DNA of 64,000 bases, taken from Lepidodermella squamata (taxonomy: Eukaryota; Animalia; Gastrotricha). The stretch spans positions 186,001-250,000 of the forward strand of contig JBLDXI010000034.1 of NCBI GenBank assembly GCA_047495785.1. Reading direction: 5' to 3'. A model generated the notes under the pieces. It searched no databases. It was given only the letters and a program-made list of their open reading frames with translations, and was not told where the DNA came from. A program made the position numbers and the translations under genes. This document shows, in pieces, positions 1 through 15,000 of the stretch. Positions within the stretch are counted from its first letter, which is position 1; every line of letters begins with the position of its first letter.

Positions 1-3000
1 TGATTTTTCGATGGAAAATTAAAATAAAAAAAATTATAATATCCGAAATACCCCAGTTTCACAATCCAGCTTGCCCGAGTACACCTTGCTGTCAACGTAC
101 TGAGAGAAAATGAATATTTTTCGAAAAATTAAGGTGGAATTGTTGAATTCAACTCACGTTAGAAGAGCCAGTTGGACAAGAATTGAAGCAGCCGATGAAA
201 TCGCCCTGCATGTCGTGGCATCGAACATGCGAGACACCTGCAATTAAAATTTCATAAATTTCAAAAAATTCAAAATTATTAAAAATAAATTAATTTCGAA
301 ATTAAAATTTTAAATAATATCTGCGAAATTTGAGAACATTTTTATGAAATTACCTTGAAGACATTCAGCCAAAGTGTCCCTTTGCCCATCTTCACTAGTA
401 ATCTGAAATTATTTTAAAAAAATTATTCCCGATTCGACAGAAATGGCGAATTCAAAATTGTCTCACCTGGCCGAGAGGGCACGATTTACCAGCGGGATGG
501 CAGCCAATAGGCAAATTCGACTGCGAGTCAATACAGAATTGATGTCGCGCCTGAATTTAATAGAAAATTCAGTCTTCAGATTTGACCCCCGAATGATTAA
601 TTTTACCAGGTCACGTCCAGAGAGGCATAAATCGTAATTTTCCTTGAACGTTCCCAAAAACATCGGCAAGGCAACTTTCTCCAACGAGGAAGGGCAAGTG
701 TCCCCGGCGTAGCACGAATGGGCGCCGGTTACGTAGCTGTCGTAGCAGTGAACAACGCCCATTTCCTGCGGAATCGCCGCGGTCATGCAGTCGTCAGGAG
801 TCAAGAAAATTCGAGGAGTAATAGCCTAGAAATTTTTCATTATTTTCGATTTTAAATTCTTTTCAATCGATGGTTATACCGTTTGCACCAGTTCCCATTT
901 GCAAGGATAAATGGCTTTTTGACAGCCTTCAAACGCGCCACTCGAGTCGAAGCAACGACGGAACGACCCTAGAAAATATCGACAATTGTTGAAAAAATTG
1001 TAAAAAATTATTAAAAAATTTTAAGGCTCCAAATACATCAATGTAAAAGGAATTTCCAGGGTGATTCAAATATTTAGAAATTTCAAAGTTTATTAGTTGT
1101 TTATCTCTCCTAAAGAATTTCGAAATTTTTCGCAAAATTTTGAAATTTTAATTTGAGCCCTGAAAGGGTAATATCGGAGAATCAAATTTATAAACTCGAA
1201 ATAATCACCATTTTCACACGCTCCTCTCGATGGGAAAAACGAGCCATCTTTCTGAAGAATGACCTAATTTTAAAATAAAAAAATCAATAATAATTTCAAA
1301 TATTTCCACGCAGAATTTTACGATGTTATTCTCTGGGCAATTGATATTTTCCGGCACACAGAAAGCTTGCATTGAAGTCGCAACATTGTATCGATTATCG
1401 AAGCACATTTTGTAGTTGATCTATCAGTTTGAAATTTTCAGAATTTAGGTGGATTTCATTAAATCGAATTTCTTACTGCAGCGGTCGGGTCGATGCATCT
1501 AGCGTAATTCTCAGCAAATGTATCCGCATACGTATAGTTCACGATCTGGTAGAAAAAGTTGAAAACAAAATTTCAAATAATTTCTCATCAAATATAACTT
1601 ACAGATAGCGAGCCGTCGGAGCACGACTTAATGTCAGTCACGCATGACCAAGTTCCGGTAGGAGAAACACAGAACGTGACACCCTGTTGTAAACGAAACA
1701 AAAATTATTCTCAAATTAAAAGGAGAATTCACAGAAGCAAATAATAAAAATGTCAAATTTCCGATTGAAAATTCAAAAATTCGATTCTCAATAATCTTTG
1801 AAGAAAGCATTGAAATACGGTCAATTCCAGCTGTTGAAAGTTACAAATAAAAATTAACAGAATTAACTTGGATTTCAATTTTTGAAATTTTCTAGAAATT
1901 CGAACTAAAATTGGATAATTCCAGCAGAAAAATCTAACAAAAAAATAGAAAATTGCGCGAGACTTGCCCCAGAATTGCACGTTTCCTTGCTCCTCGAATA
2001 GAAAGGAGGGCTGGCCTGAAATTTACAAAAATTATTCCTTATTTTTAGAAAAATAAATTTATGAAATAACTGACCCATTTAATGTATTGGTCTTCGGTAC
2101 ACGTTTCTCGCGCGTTTTTACAGCCCAAAAATTCTCGCGTAACCCCATCGAAACACCTGACCTGCGGCTCTGTGAACAAAAATTTATAAAAATTATAAAA
2201 AATTGTCAAAAAATTGTCAAAATTTACCGAGTAAACACTCGAATTTATTCGCAAATGGCGCATCGCCGGCGGGCTGTTCAAAAATATTTGCAAAATTTGC
2301 GAAAAACATGAAAAATTTCAATTTTTACCAAAGAGTTGGGGCAATCGGTGTCTGATCTAACGCAACTTGGAGCCGGCATAGGCGGCGAGCAATCCGTACA
2401 AGCTTGGCAGAGCTTGAACTGATTTTGCTGATGAAACGAAAAAATTCCGTAAAAAAATTGCGGAAATTTCAAAACAAACCGAAGCGGTTAAGCACTCGTC
2501 AAAATTATCCTTGAATGAATCACTTCCGTTGAACAAGAACTGAAAAATAAAAACCCCCAGTAGCAGCAAATTCAGTGAAAAAAACGGAATTACCTGAGTT
2601 GATTCAACTCGGGACAGTTGCGAGCACGGTGTAGTATAGGGCAGGCATTCCAAAGCAGAGCCTTTAGCATAGCACAACACGGCGGGCTAATTCAGAATTT
2701 TTCAGAATTTTCACAGAAAATGAAGGAAATTATCGAATTTTACCCCTTGCAAGCAGGAAGTCCGAGTGTTGAAAACTTGTCTTGGATTCTATCAAGTATT
2801 CATCAGAAAATTATAAAAAAAAATTTAAGTTAATTATAAAATTAATTATAAAATAAAATATATGAATTCGGGATCATTTAATAAAAATAAATAAAAAATT
2901 CTTATTTATCAAAAATAATAAAATAAAAATGTGAAATTACAGCAGAGCTTCCTGTGGGACATGAATTGGATAGGTAACAGCCGACCAAGTCCGTTCCGTT

Positions 3001-6000
3001 GATGTAGCAGCGTTGATAGACACGATCTTCAAATAAATTTGAAAAAAATTCATATTTTTTCAAATTTGTATAAAAAACCTACTTTCCAAACAATCGGCCA
3101 AAGATTCAAACGGAGCCGAATCAGACATCGCCTAAAATGAATGAGTTATTCATCAGGTTTTTCCGGATTTTATTTTTACTCTCACCGAATTAGGCGGGCA
3201 AGATTTTCCTGAAGGCGCACAAGCTGCGAAAGAACCGTCGGCAGTTTTGCATTCAAAATGCGCAACCTTAACAATTTGAAAAATCATTTTTAATTTTGTT
3301 AAGCTGGATATCAACACAATAACAGGAAAACTAACCGGGTCTTTTCCGTTCCAGCATGACGCGTAGTTTTGCGCGAAAGAGCCATCGGCAATCCATGACA
3401 CCTTTTCAAAGTTTTCAAAAAAATTGAAAGAAATGTTGGGAAAATTCGAAAATAAACCTGTTCGGCATCATCAGAGCAACCAGAACTGCACGAATGAGAA
3501 CCAGTCTCGCTCGAATAGCAATGGGAGACACCCTTAAATTGAATTAAATTAAATTAAAAAATTTCGAATAATTTTACATTTTTTCAAATTAGTTTCAAAT
3601 TTTTCAAAATGGAACATACTCCTTTCTCGCACGTTTCCTTTGTTTCGAAAATGCCCGACGATCGATGCTGTGAGCGAGAAATAGGACAAAGTTAGTAGTG
3701 GAAAATCGGTTCGAGAAGGGAATCTATACCTGTTGATCACTGCAGCCGATGTAAGCCGGTTTGCAGCCGGCGAATGATTCATCTTCTCCGAAGCACCGCA
3801 AATGAGGCAACATGTCATCCTTAGCTGGAAAAAATTATTAAAAAAAATCAGCAATTATTTAATCAGATTTTTTAAATAATTTTGTCCAACCTGACTGGCA
3901 CGCCTCGAGTGAGCTGAACCTAGGCGTGGGAAGAGGCGTTTCCATATCATTGGCCTGAATAAATTCGATTTTCGATGAATAATTGGTTCAAAATAAACGG
4001 GGTCTCACCGGAGTTTTGCGACATTGCTGATCAACTGGGACGCAAGCGTCGCGGGCATAGGTCACCGGGTCAACGCAAAGCTGATGGTCAGTCTTAAAAA
4101 AATCGAAAACAAATATTAAAAAAAATCCCAAAAATAATTCAAGTACCTGAGCTTCACAGAGGCTCCTAGTTCGATAGCTGACTGGATTTTTGCCCTATTA
4201 AAACCAACAAATATAATTAATCATGTTAAAATTGGAAAAAAATAATTGCGCTGTTTTACCGCGTTTTGCCCATCTGGGCATAACGAGTTGGCCGGGATAC
4301 ACTCCTTGAAATCGCCGGAATCTTCATCGTAGCATCGAACATGGATCTCATCTTTGAAAAAATACAAAAAAATTAACAAAAAAATCGGGATTAAGATATC
4401 TCACTCTCGCGGCACTCGGCAAGAGAATTGTAAGCTGGATCATGAGTTGTCTAAAATAATAAAAAAATTGAACTAAAATTTAAAAGTTTTTCGGGAGGTC
4501 AAAATTTTACCTGATGAGCCGGGCAGTTGAAGCCTTGAGGTCTGCAACCAACGATGTTACACGATGAATTGTCAGCCGGGTCGTATTGCCCTTCGTGGCA
4601 GTGAAAGTGCGGAAACTAGATAAAATATTCCAAAATTATTCGAATAATCAAAAAAACTTCAATTTATTTTGAAATTCAAATTTTTGGAGTTTTCAAGCCG
4701 CGCAGAGACCGAATTCTAAGATATTTCGGACATTGTTCAAAAAAGTTTATTGACCATAATAGAGCAACAAATTTCATTCCATTAATTTCAAGAAATTTCC
4801 GAAATTTCGGAAAAATCACAGCTTTCGATTTTCGCGATTTTTCAAAACATTTGAATACCTTATCGTGACCGGCTTGGCAAATGGCCAGGTTCCTATCGTA
4901 AGAGCCTCCTTCCGTGATTGCTTGCCCGACTTGAGTACCATCGGGACATTTGTCCAGGCAAGAATGAACTCCATCAATGTAGCAATGATAAACAGGCTTT
5001 AAAATAAAATAAAATCAGAAATTACGATGAAAAAATTGAAAAAAAACTCACCCCTGAAAAACGGGAATCGATGATCGAAAAAACAAAAATTATCAATTAT
5101 TTAAAAAAACAAAAAAATTGTAAACTCACGTTTTTGGCAGTAGTAAATGTTTTTATACGCCGGCATAGCCGAGAACTAAATTTACAAAAAATTATTAGGA
5201 TATTTCGGATTTTCTGCGATTTTTTCACCTCTGAATCTGGGCAGGCGAAATCAACCGGGGCACAAATTGGCGGGAAGAACGGCGGCGGGCACCACGGGCA
5301 CTGCTGGCAGGGTTTGACGCTCGTTTTCTAATTGAAAAAATCAAGAATTAAATTGTTGATTGAAAAATATGGAAAAAATTACCTCATCTTGCAAGCAACT
5401 TGCGTAGTTTTGCTTGAAATCCGCGTGGCCCTCGTACGAATGGGACGTGGCCGGGGCGCTACACGTCTGAGATGACGGCGCTCCACACTTGCCTTCACCG
5501 TTAGCATCAGCGCAGTAAACAGCAGGCTTTAAAAATGGCAAAAATATATTTTAAAAATATTTAAAAAAATTAAAATTCTAGAAATTTCAAAATTTTCCAA
5601 TTAAACTCACCCCGTTTTCGCAAAACGGTTTGCTGCCGTAAGTTGTGTCATCTCGGGACTGAAATAACACGTAAAATTTCAATCGCAATTCGAATTTTCG
5701 ACCTTTGAAACTCACCGGCGAAGAATCAGGCGGGCACAAGTTAGGCGAGAAGCAGCCCAAAAATCGATCAGTCGCTCGACTGAAACACCGCTGATACGGA
5801 TGAACTGTTGAGAAGAAACGTTTTTTTGTAACAAAAAATTCGAAAAAAATCAAATCTCACTCTCGCCACACGCGGCCAGATTTTCAAACGGCTGAGGATT
5901 AGCGGTCTAATTTTTCAAATAATTAATCAAAAATTGAAAAAATTGAGGAAAATAAAGTTTTTACCGCGTTATTGGGACATTTGAACCCAGGCGGAATGCA

Positions 6001-9000
6001 GGCAACAACTGTGCCATCAGATGTCACGCATTCGTAATGATCAAGCTGAACAAAATTTGAAAAAATGGTTAAGGTAGAGTTTTGATAAAAAAAAATAAAA
6101 AATTTACCGTATCTTTGCCGTTCAAGCAAATCTCGTGGTTCTCAGCGAATGAGCCATCGCTGATCCAATTGACCTCGGTGAAGCCATCAGAGCAGCCGGT
6201 ACTGCTGCACTCATGCGAACCATCGGCGCTGTTGAAGCAATGTAACACGCCCTACGAAAAAAAGGAAAAATTCATCGACGTCCCCAATTCTTTTATATTT
6301 GCAATAAATTTACAGTTCGAACAATGAATATAGCACGCATTTTTGGCTTCATTATTTTGCTAAGGGAAAGATTTTTCAAGGTAGAGTTATTGCAAATCGA
6401 TGCGTAGCTCTAATTAATATTGAACCTGGCATTGAACTGTTTTTTTTCCAAATTTTGAGCCCAAAAAGCGAAAATTGACCTGGAACCTGGATTTGTAAGG
6501 TTTTCGATTTTCAAACTTCAAAATATCAATTTTTTCAGAATTCATAGAAAATTTCTAAAATAATCTTCAACGACAGAAAAATTGAATATTCAACACACCC
6601 TTGATTATTCAAGCCAATAATTTGATTGAAATTAAACAATTCCCCTCAAGATTCGAAAAGAAATTCAAGATTTTTTTATGGTCTTCACTTTTCGTTAGGA
6701 TTTTAGTGAAAAAAATGCCAAACTTCTCAGTAGGCCTTTCATCTCAGTTTTAAAATTCTCACTCAGATTTGAAATTTGAACTCGAAAAAAAAATAAAAAT
6801 TCGATTTTTCTTGATAGCAAAGAATGTCTCGAATGTCTCACCCCTGATTCGCAAGATTTTCTGGTGCCGAAAATTCCCGAGCTAGCGGTCTTGCCAGTTG
6901 AGCATCCGACGTAGGCCGGTTTACAGCCATCGAATGATTCATCCTCGTTATCAAAGCAACGAACATGCGGCAGAAAGTCATCGCTCGCTTTGAGAAAAAT
7001 AACAACAATAAAACATCAAAATTTTCTGGAAATTTGCAAAATTTTACCAGATTGGCAGTCTTCAAGCGTAGAAAATACGGCAGCAGGCAATGCAGTTTCA
7101 AACTCATTTTTCTGAAAATAAAAAGAAATTTGAGAAAATTAGCGAAAGTTCAATTAAAAAAACTAACCGAATCATTCGGGCAATTGCTATTGATTGGGAC
7201 ACAAGTATCACGGGCATAAGTGTCCGCTATAACGCACAGCTTATGGTCAGTCTTAAACCAATTATTGAAAGAATTAAAAAAAAATATTAGGAAAATAAAA
7301 AATTAATACCGGTGTTTCGCATAGCGCTTTGCTCGAATAACTAATCGGGTTGTCACCCTAGATAAATAAAAAAATAAAAAATTTAAAGTTACAGAACTTC
7401 GAAAATGAAACAAACCGCTGATTGGCCTTCAGGGCAGTTTTCGCTAATTAGAACGCATGGCCTCATATCCTTTGTTCCATCGTCATAGCAACGATGATAT
7501 AATTCGTCTGAAAAAAATGAAATTACAAATTTTGGAAACAAAATTGAAATTTTGAAATTGAAAATTTGAAAAAATTCCACCTTAAAAATTCGGTTTTTTT
7601 AAAGCTTACTCGCAAGACAAGCGGCGAGGGATTCGAATATCAAGTCGTGAGTTGTCTGGCCAGTCGGGCACTGGTAGCCATCAGGCCGGCAGCCAACAAC
7701 AGTGCAACTCTCGCCGAGATCGCCAACAGGCCCGTCGTGGCAGTGGTAGTGCGGGAACTAAAAGCAAAAAATCCAGAATTTTTTATAGTAAAATTACGGA
7801 AAATTTAAAAAATGCGAATAGGTTAGGAAATTCGCGTGAATGAAATATTCCGAGAAAATCGGAAAAATACCGAAAATTACATCAAATTATGGAGTTTTTT
7901 CGAGTTTTATATGCTTTTAGAGGCTTCGACTTAGAAGGCCAGATCTGAGCCTTCTTTTCAATTCATGAAAATAGCTAAATTGATGGCGAACCCAAGGAAA
8001 ACAAGAACAAAACGCGGGTTGGCAAGTATTTGCGACTGGCTGCTTCGAGTTCATCCATCGAAGAGTAATGATCAGGGCACCGAGAGGTTCTGTTATGGCC
8101 TCAAAACACAGCAATCCACCCGTTTTCACGCCTGGATTTGTAAGTTAACCTCAGCAGTTGTACAAGACCCTGTCACGTCGTAATCGAACGCGCTGATGCA
8201 GAAATTTGATCGATCTATGACTGTTAACCTGTTCGAAATTTCGATGGGCATTTTATTGGCTTCTTTCTCGGAAACTGTTAAATCGCTGATTGTAGATTGT
8301 AAGCGAGTATACTCAACACTTCATTGTCGAATTGCGCCTCAAAAAGTCGGTACTTCAGTCTTACCAATCGGCCCCAAACCCAATACCCACTTCTCGGCCG
8401 CGTTATCCCAAATGTTTCCGATCTCTACCAAGAAGGTTTCAAGACCCAAAAGTTGTTTTATTGGTCGCTATTTTCCACTTCCATACCTGCAACTGTTTTG
8501 CCCGCTAACGTCTAGCTTTTTCCTCATGGGAGTGATAGAATGGTACATTACGCTATCGTCTGAGGCGATCAGCGATGCTGGCATTGATGCTCATCTTACT
8601 GTGCTGATATGCTAGCTTACATGCCAGCCAATGCCGCAACTGCAGCTCATCCACTGGTCGATGTAAACCAGGAGAATGATCTGATGGTCTAGGCCCTGGA
8701 CGATAAAGAGAATAATCCACGAAAAAACGCTCAGACCGATCAGTTGGTTAAAGAACCTTCCGATCAGTTCGACGACACATTGATCCGATTCTATTCTAAC
8801 AGCTACATTCCCTGGCAATCGCCTTTCGAACATTTAAAAATATGTTGGTGTTCGTTTTGGTCACTTTGATTTCTTCGAAATCTTGCCATTCGTTTCTTGT
8901 GTAATACTTTTTACTACATAGGGTTTCCTTAGCAACTGATCTCTGTCTGTTAATGATCCCTCTAATTATGGATAGATGCCAATCTGTTTCTGCTCAAGAC

Positions 9001-12000
9001 TTGATTTATCGCTCTCTCTATCAAGCGAGCTCAGAAATCGCGAGATGACACTATTATTTGGCCTGTTAGGTTGATGGAAGACTGCTATAGAACGTCTTGA
9101 TTCTGCTACTTCTTTCATTACGAGCATCTAGAACCTTCTTTCCTCCTACGAAAAAGCATCTTCGGACAAGGACTACATCGATTCTTTTCATTCTTTAGCT
9201 TCGCTTCATCGCGAATACAGCATGGTGAGCGAAACGGACCGCAATTCATTGTCAAATCAGCAATACGCTTCTTTGCCGATTTGCTCTACAAAAAGTCAGT
9301 ACTTCAGTCTTACCAATCGGCCCAAACAGCCCTCGAACGGCGGCAGTTAAATCCGCGTTATCCCAAATGTTCCCGGTCTTTGACCGGGAATTTGTGAGAC
9401 CCAAACGATGTTTTATTGGTCGCGGTTTCTCATTTTCGCTACCTTAGAACGCTATCACTCTTACATTGAATTCCGGTAAAAATCATGATATTATTATCTC
9501 GATGAAAATCGGTGAAAATGTTGCTCAACTTCATATACTGTCTTGATGCCTGCTGAGCCCTTTCCTAGGTTCAATACTATTTACTCGATTTTACCTCTGC
9601 TCGCCTAATAAACCTTACAAGGGTGTATAGTGTCTGGAGCTCCGCATCAACGGTGAAATACAGTGCATAGAGTTAGCTTGGTAATTGGTAACTTTTGGTA
9701 AATCACTTAGGTTCCCCAGTGCTACTGAAACAGCTCAGCTGTTGCTGCAGCTAAGCCAGATTTTGATGTCGTTTCCAAGGTCAAATAGCGAGCGATATGA
9801 AACAGAGGTCGATAGGGTTACATGCCTTTAAATGCGTGATGAGTGCTTCCCTTTCAGGACGGGAATTGTTTTCTCGAGTTTGGGTACTTCAGAATTTAAA
9901 GGTTCAGTAAATTGTTCGAAGCTCACCTTATCCAAACCAGCCTCGCAGATTGCCATGTTTTTCTCGAAAGATCCGCCCTCAGTGATCGGATTGCCAACTG
10001 CAGTGCCATTCGGGCAAGCATCGAGGCACACATGGCGACCATCGATGTAACAATGGCGAACAGGCTGAAGATGAGAAAGTAGGAACAATCAAGATAGGGA
10101 ACCTTTCAATAACTGATTAAACTCACTCCTTTTTATTTAAGAAGCCAAGCAGGACGGAAAAAGAGCTTAAAAGACAATAGCAATGAAAAGGAAAGTAACA
10201 AACTCTTCCAGCAGCTGAAAACATTCTTGTACTCTGCAACCTCCTTAAAAGCGAACAAATTATTCCTGAGGATGGGCTTAGAAGATTCCTTACCAAAGAG
10301 CTAGGGCAATCGAATTTGGTCGGGGCGCAGAACGGGTTGTAGGGAGGCGGACAGCCCGGGCAAGGGTCGCAAGGTTTAACAGGGGTTTTCTTCGAAAATA
10401 ACAAAATTAAACGGCATCTAGCAATTCCCGATTTTTTTATACCTCATCTCGAAGGCAAGCTTCGTAGTTTTTACTGAATTCAACGAAGCTGGCGTAGTTG
10501 TATGGCGTAGCTGTGGCGGTACAGGTTTTCGAAGGTCCAGAGCACTCGGAATCCACGCCAAGCTCATCGCAATACAAAGCAGGCTGGAAAATTGACATTA
10601 CTAGGAAAATCCTACTTAAGTTAACTGAAAAGTTACCCCATTTTCGCACGCTGATTTGGCAGCAAAAACTGATGAATCACGCTCCTGAAATGGCATAAAA
10701 ATGTCTTAAAAGATCGAAGTAAACCGACGGCTAAACGAACACTTGAAGCTGTAGCTGGGCATTGGCGAGTGGGGAGGCATCCGATGAATTGATCGGTCGC
10801 CTTACTGAAACAGCGTTGATGAGGTTGATCTATAGGGGGAGGAAGAAAGTTGGCCCAAGATCTCCACAAATTCAAAGATTTCGAACCCTCCATACAGCTA
10901 GCCAAGTTTTCGAAGGTATTCGATGTTGGTTTCTAGTTACAAAACCGCAGGGTTCAAATGTGAAAAAAGTTAGGAAAATTCTTACTGAATCTCCAGGGCA
11001 GTTTTGACCAGCCGGGGCACATCCAGCAAAGGTTCCATCGCCCTTTGCACAGCTCGAATGTACCAACTGCAAGAAGTGAAACTGATAAAATTCCTACTGT
11101 GACTAATCGAATCTTTTACATCATCGACTCCTTTCACGCAAGTTGCGTAGTCGAAATCGAAATTTCCGCTGGCAATCCAATTGACTGGAACAGAATCCTC
11201 CGGGCAGCCAGAATCGCTGCAGCTGTGCGAACCGTCGATTGGCGAATAACAGTGGGAAACCCCCTGAAGTCACGTCGAATCTCCGATGCCACAAAAACGA
11301 AGTAAAAAAGAATTACCGTTGATTCGCAAACGGCCTTAGTTGGCATGATTCCAGAGCTTGCCCGCTATGAATAGAAAAATTAAGGATCGCGCAGTGGGAG
11401 AAATTCTAGAAGATACCTGTCCAGTTCCGCAACCCTTATAAGCTGGCTGGCAGCCATCGAATGTCATGCCTTCCGCTTCGAAGCACCGAATATGGGGCAA
11501 GAAGTCATCACTCGCTATTCAGGGATAGTGAGTTGCACCCAGATTTCTGAGAATTTAAAAAGTTACCTGCAGAGCATTCTTCCAGTGAAGAAAATTGAGT
11601 GCTTGGAACAGGGGATTCGAGGCTATTTGGCTGGAAAAATTATGAAAAAATTATTTTCCGAATTTGCTGTACAATCGAACTCACATCGTATTTAGGACAG
11701 TTGGTTCCAACAGGGACGCAGGTGTCTCGAGCGTAAGTTGTAGGATCCACACAAAGTTTATGGTCATCCTTCGGAGATAACAAATGCGATAGAAATTCGG
11801 GGCCTCGTTTCGGTGACTTACCACTTTTTCACATTGGCTCTTCGTAGCGTAATTTTGGGGATAGGCAATTGATCCCAGCGGACCCTTTATCGAACAGATA
11901 AGAGATTAAAATAAGAGCCGTAAAATTCCAGAACTTACGCCTCTTTGACCCTCTGCGCATTCTTTCTCGGCAGGAATGCATTGGAAATTGTCAGACTGCT

Positions 12001-15000
12001 CATCGTAGCAGCGATGATGAGGTTCGGCTTCAATATGAAAGGCTTAAAATACCGGAAATTCAACTCACAAAAGACTTACCATCTCTGCATTCAGACAGAG
12101 ATCCGAATTGCAGGTCAGTATGAGTGGTCTATTTCGAAAAATATGAAAAATCGAGTCAATAAACGGATTGCTATTTTACTTGGCCAGTTGGGCAAGAGAA
12201 ACCATCAGGTCTGCAGCCAAGAACGTTACAACTGCTCTCCGTATCACCCTGAATGCTTTCATGGCAATGGAAGTGAGGGAACTAAAAATAGCACATAGGT
12301 ATTTTGGGATCTCATCAAGAATGAAGGGCATACTCTATCCAAACCAGCTTGGCAGATGGCCAAATTGCGTTCGTAGCTTCCGCCCGATGTGATTGCCTGG
12401 CCGACTTGTGTGCCCTGTTTGCATTGATCTTCGCAGGTATGCACACCATCAGCATAGCAATGGTACACAGGCTATAGAAGAAGTGAAAAAGATTCAGCCA
12501 AAACCCACCTTACGAAAAACTAACCCCTTTTGGATGAAGAAAGGATGGCACAAAAGAAAGAAATCTCATAAGGAAAATTAAATTAATGGTTCAAGACAAA
12601 CTTTTCAAGCATTGGAAAATATTGCGGAAAGTTGGAACTACCTAAAAGAAATTTCATTGACCAAAGACGTCGAATTAAGCGATGAAACCCACGTCTGAAC
12701 TGGGACATTGCAACGCGGTCGTGATGCAAATGGTTGGGAAGAAGGGCGGCGGACACCACGGGCACGTTTGGCACGGTTTCACGCTAGTTTTCTTTAGATA
12801 AATGATTCATTTTAGTAGACAAACTCTAAATACGTTGTTACGATATACCTCATCAGTCAAACAGGTTTGGTAGTTCCTATCGAAATCTTCAAAATTGCTG
12901 TACAAATGCTGAGTACTGTCAGTTGCTGTGCAGGGTCTCGACGCAGAGCCACAAGTTCCTTGCCCATTAGGATCGGCGCAATACGAAGCGGGCTATTACA
13001 GAAAACATTAGTCGAAATTCATAAATTGCCCCTAAAATCCCTACCCCTGTTTCACAAGTCGATTTGCTGTTGAAAACTTGAGTGTCGCGTGCCTGGAAAA
13101 TCAATGAAACTCTAGGAATTCAAAATCAAAGCGAAGGGCTATCTCACATTCGAAGAACCAGTCGGGCAACGATTTGGCGGATAGCAGCCGATAAAGCGAT
13201 CCGTAGCTGTACTGAAGCAACGCTGATGAGGTTTGTCTGCAAAAATCTCTGAATTTTAACCCCAAATTTCGAGCGAAAATGTTGAGCTAACCCTCTTCGC
13301 ATTCAGCAAGGCTATCAAAGGCTTTAGTTCCAATATTCTATGGGAAAATAAATCCTGTATTCTCAGCTGTATTGTTGAAAGGTACCAACCGAAACTCCCG
13401 GACAGTTACTTCCAGCTGGAACACAAGCAACTACACTTCCATCGGACCCAGTGCATTCAAAATGCTGGATCTGTGACAGATTCCTCAATGTCAAGTAATT
13501 CTTAAAAGGACTCAAAGACTTACGGGATCCTTGCCACTCTTGCATATTTCGAAGTTGGCAGCTAGCAGACCGTAGGTGATCACAGCTACCTCATCTGAAT
13601 CTTCGGGGCAGCCTGACGCGCTGCAGCTGTGAGATCCATCGTCACTCGAATAGCAATAAGAGACCCCCTTCAAGATTGAATGAGAATTACTGGGGAAAAT
13701 GTGGGAAAACGCCTCAACCAACCCCTTTCTCACAGGACTCTCTAGTTGCGAAGATTCCGGAAATGCTATATTCCTTCATCAGTGCAGCACCGCAATCGTT
13801 ATATGCCGGTTCGCAGCCAGAAAACGATGTCACCACTGATACGTCACCGCTTCCAACAACGTCGAAACAGCGATGGTGGGGCAGATAGTCCTCACTAGCT
13901 GGAAGCGCAAACACTTCAACCTCAATCAATAAGAGCTTTAATTTAACAAACCAGCCATGCAAGATTCCAGCGAGTCAAAACGGGCTGTTTCAAGAGGCGT
14001 TTCCAAAGCGTTTTCCACATATGTTGGAACCCCGTTGACAACAGTGTTCGGGCAGTTTTTGCCCACAGGAATGCAGGAATCGAATTTGAAAGTTTCCGGA
14101 TCCACGCAAATCTTGTAGTCATCAACTTTCTCACAGGCAGATTTCGAAGGGTAGGAAAGAGCTTGGTTAGTCTACGGAAAACATCGCATGATAAAATTAA
14201 AGATATAAGAACAAGAAAATTGTGTTCTTACAACTTGGCAGTCGCGGCAAGTCGCAGACTGAGTTTCCGGGCAATCCTCAGTGAGCAAAATGCATTTGAA
14301 ATCATCCGAATTCTCGGCGTAGCATCTGTGATGTAATTGGCCTAAAATGTTAGGGGGTAAGAACGCTCAGAAGCATAATTTGAAGGCAACTCACTTTCCA
14401 AGCACTCGGCGAGAGAAGCAAACATTAAAGGATGTGAAGTCTAAATTCTGGAATTAGGAAAAATTCGGAATAATTATCGAAAAATACCTGTCCGTTCGGG
14501 CACACAAAAGTATCTGGTCTACAGCCGAGTATAACACAACTGTCATCAGTACCGTCCACAGGAGCATTATGGCAGTGGAAGTGGGGGAACTTGAGAGAAC
14601 AAAAATCAAATTTCCAAGTTCATAACAGGGTCCGGATTCGGCTTTACCTTATCCAAACCAGCTTTACAGATGGCTAGATTCTTTTCGTAGCTTCCACCTT
14701 CAGTTATGGCCTGTCCAACTTGGGTACCGTTCGGACATTTGTCCAAGCACTCGTGGCGACCGTCAATGTAGCAATGGAACACAGGCTAAGAAAAACCGCA
14801 ATTTTTGGACGAAATAGTAGCTTTCATAAGATTCCCTTACTCCTAAAACAGAAAGTCGAAATCTTCAAGCCCAGGAAATAGTTAGCAAAATCTTACTCTT
14901 TTGGCACTCGAAAATATTTCTGTACTCTGGCATTGCCTGTTGGTGAAAAATGGTAACAGTCGGACTTCAGTTGGCACCTCAACTGACCGTAGCATCAGGG

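Noticed and set aside
8340-8400. Minus-strand GLGPIGKTE as an NB-ARC P-loop
   Set aside because: A stop follows immediately, the second copy does not preserve the motif, and no other NTPase motifs are present.
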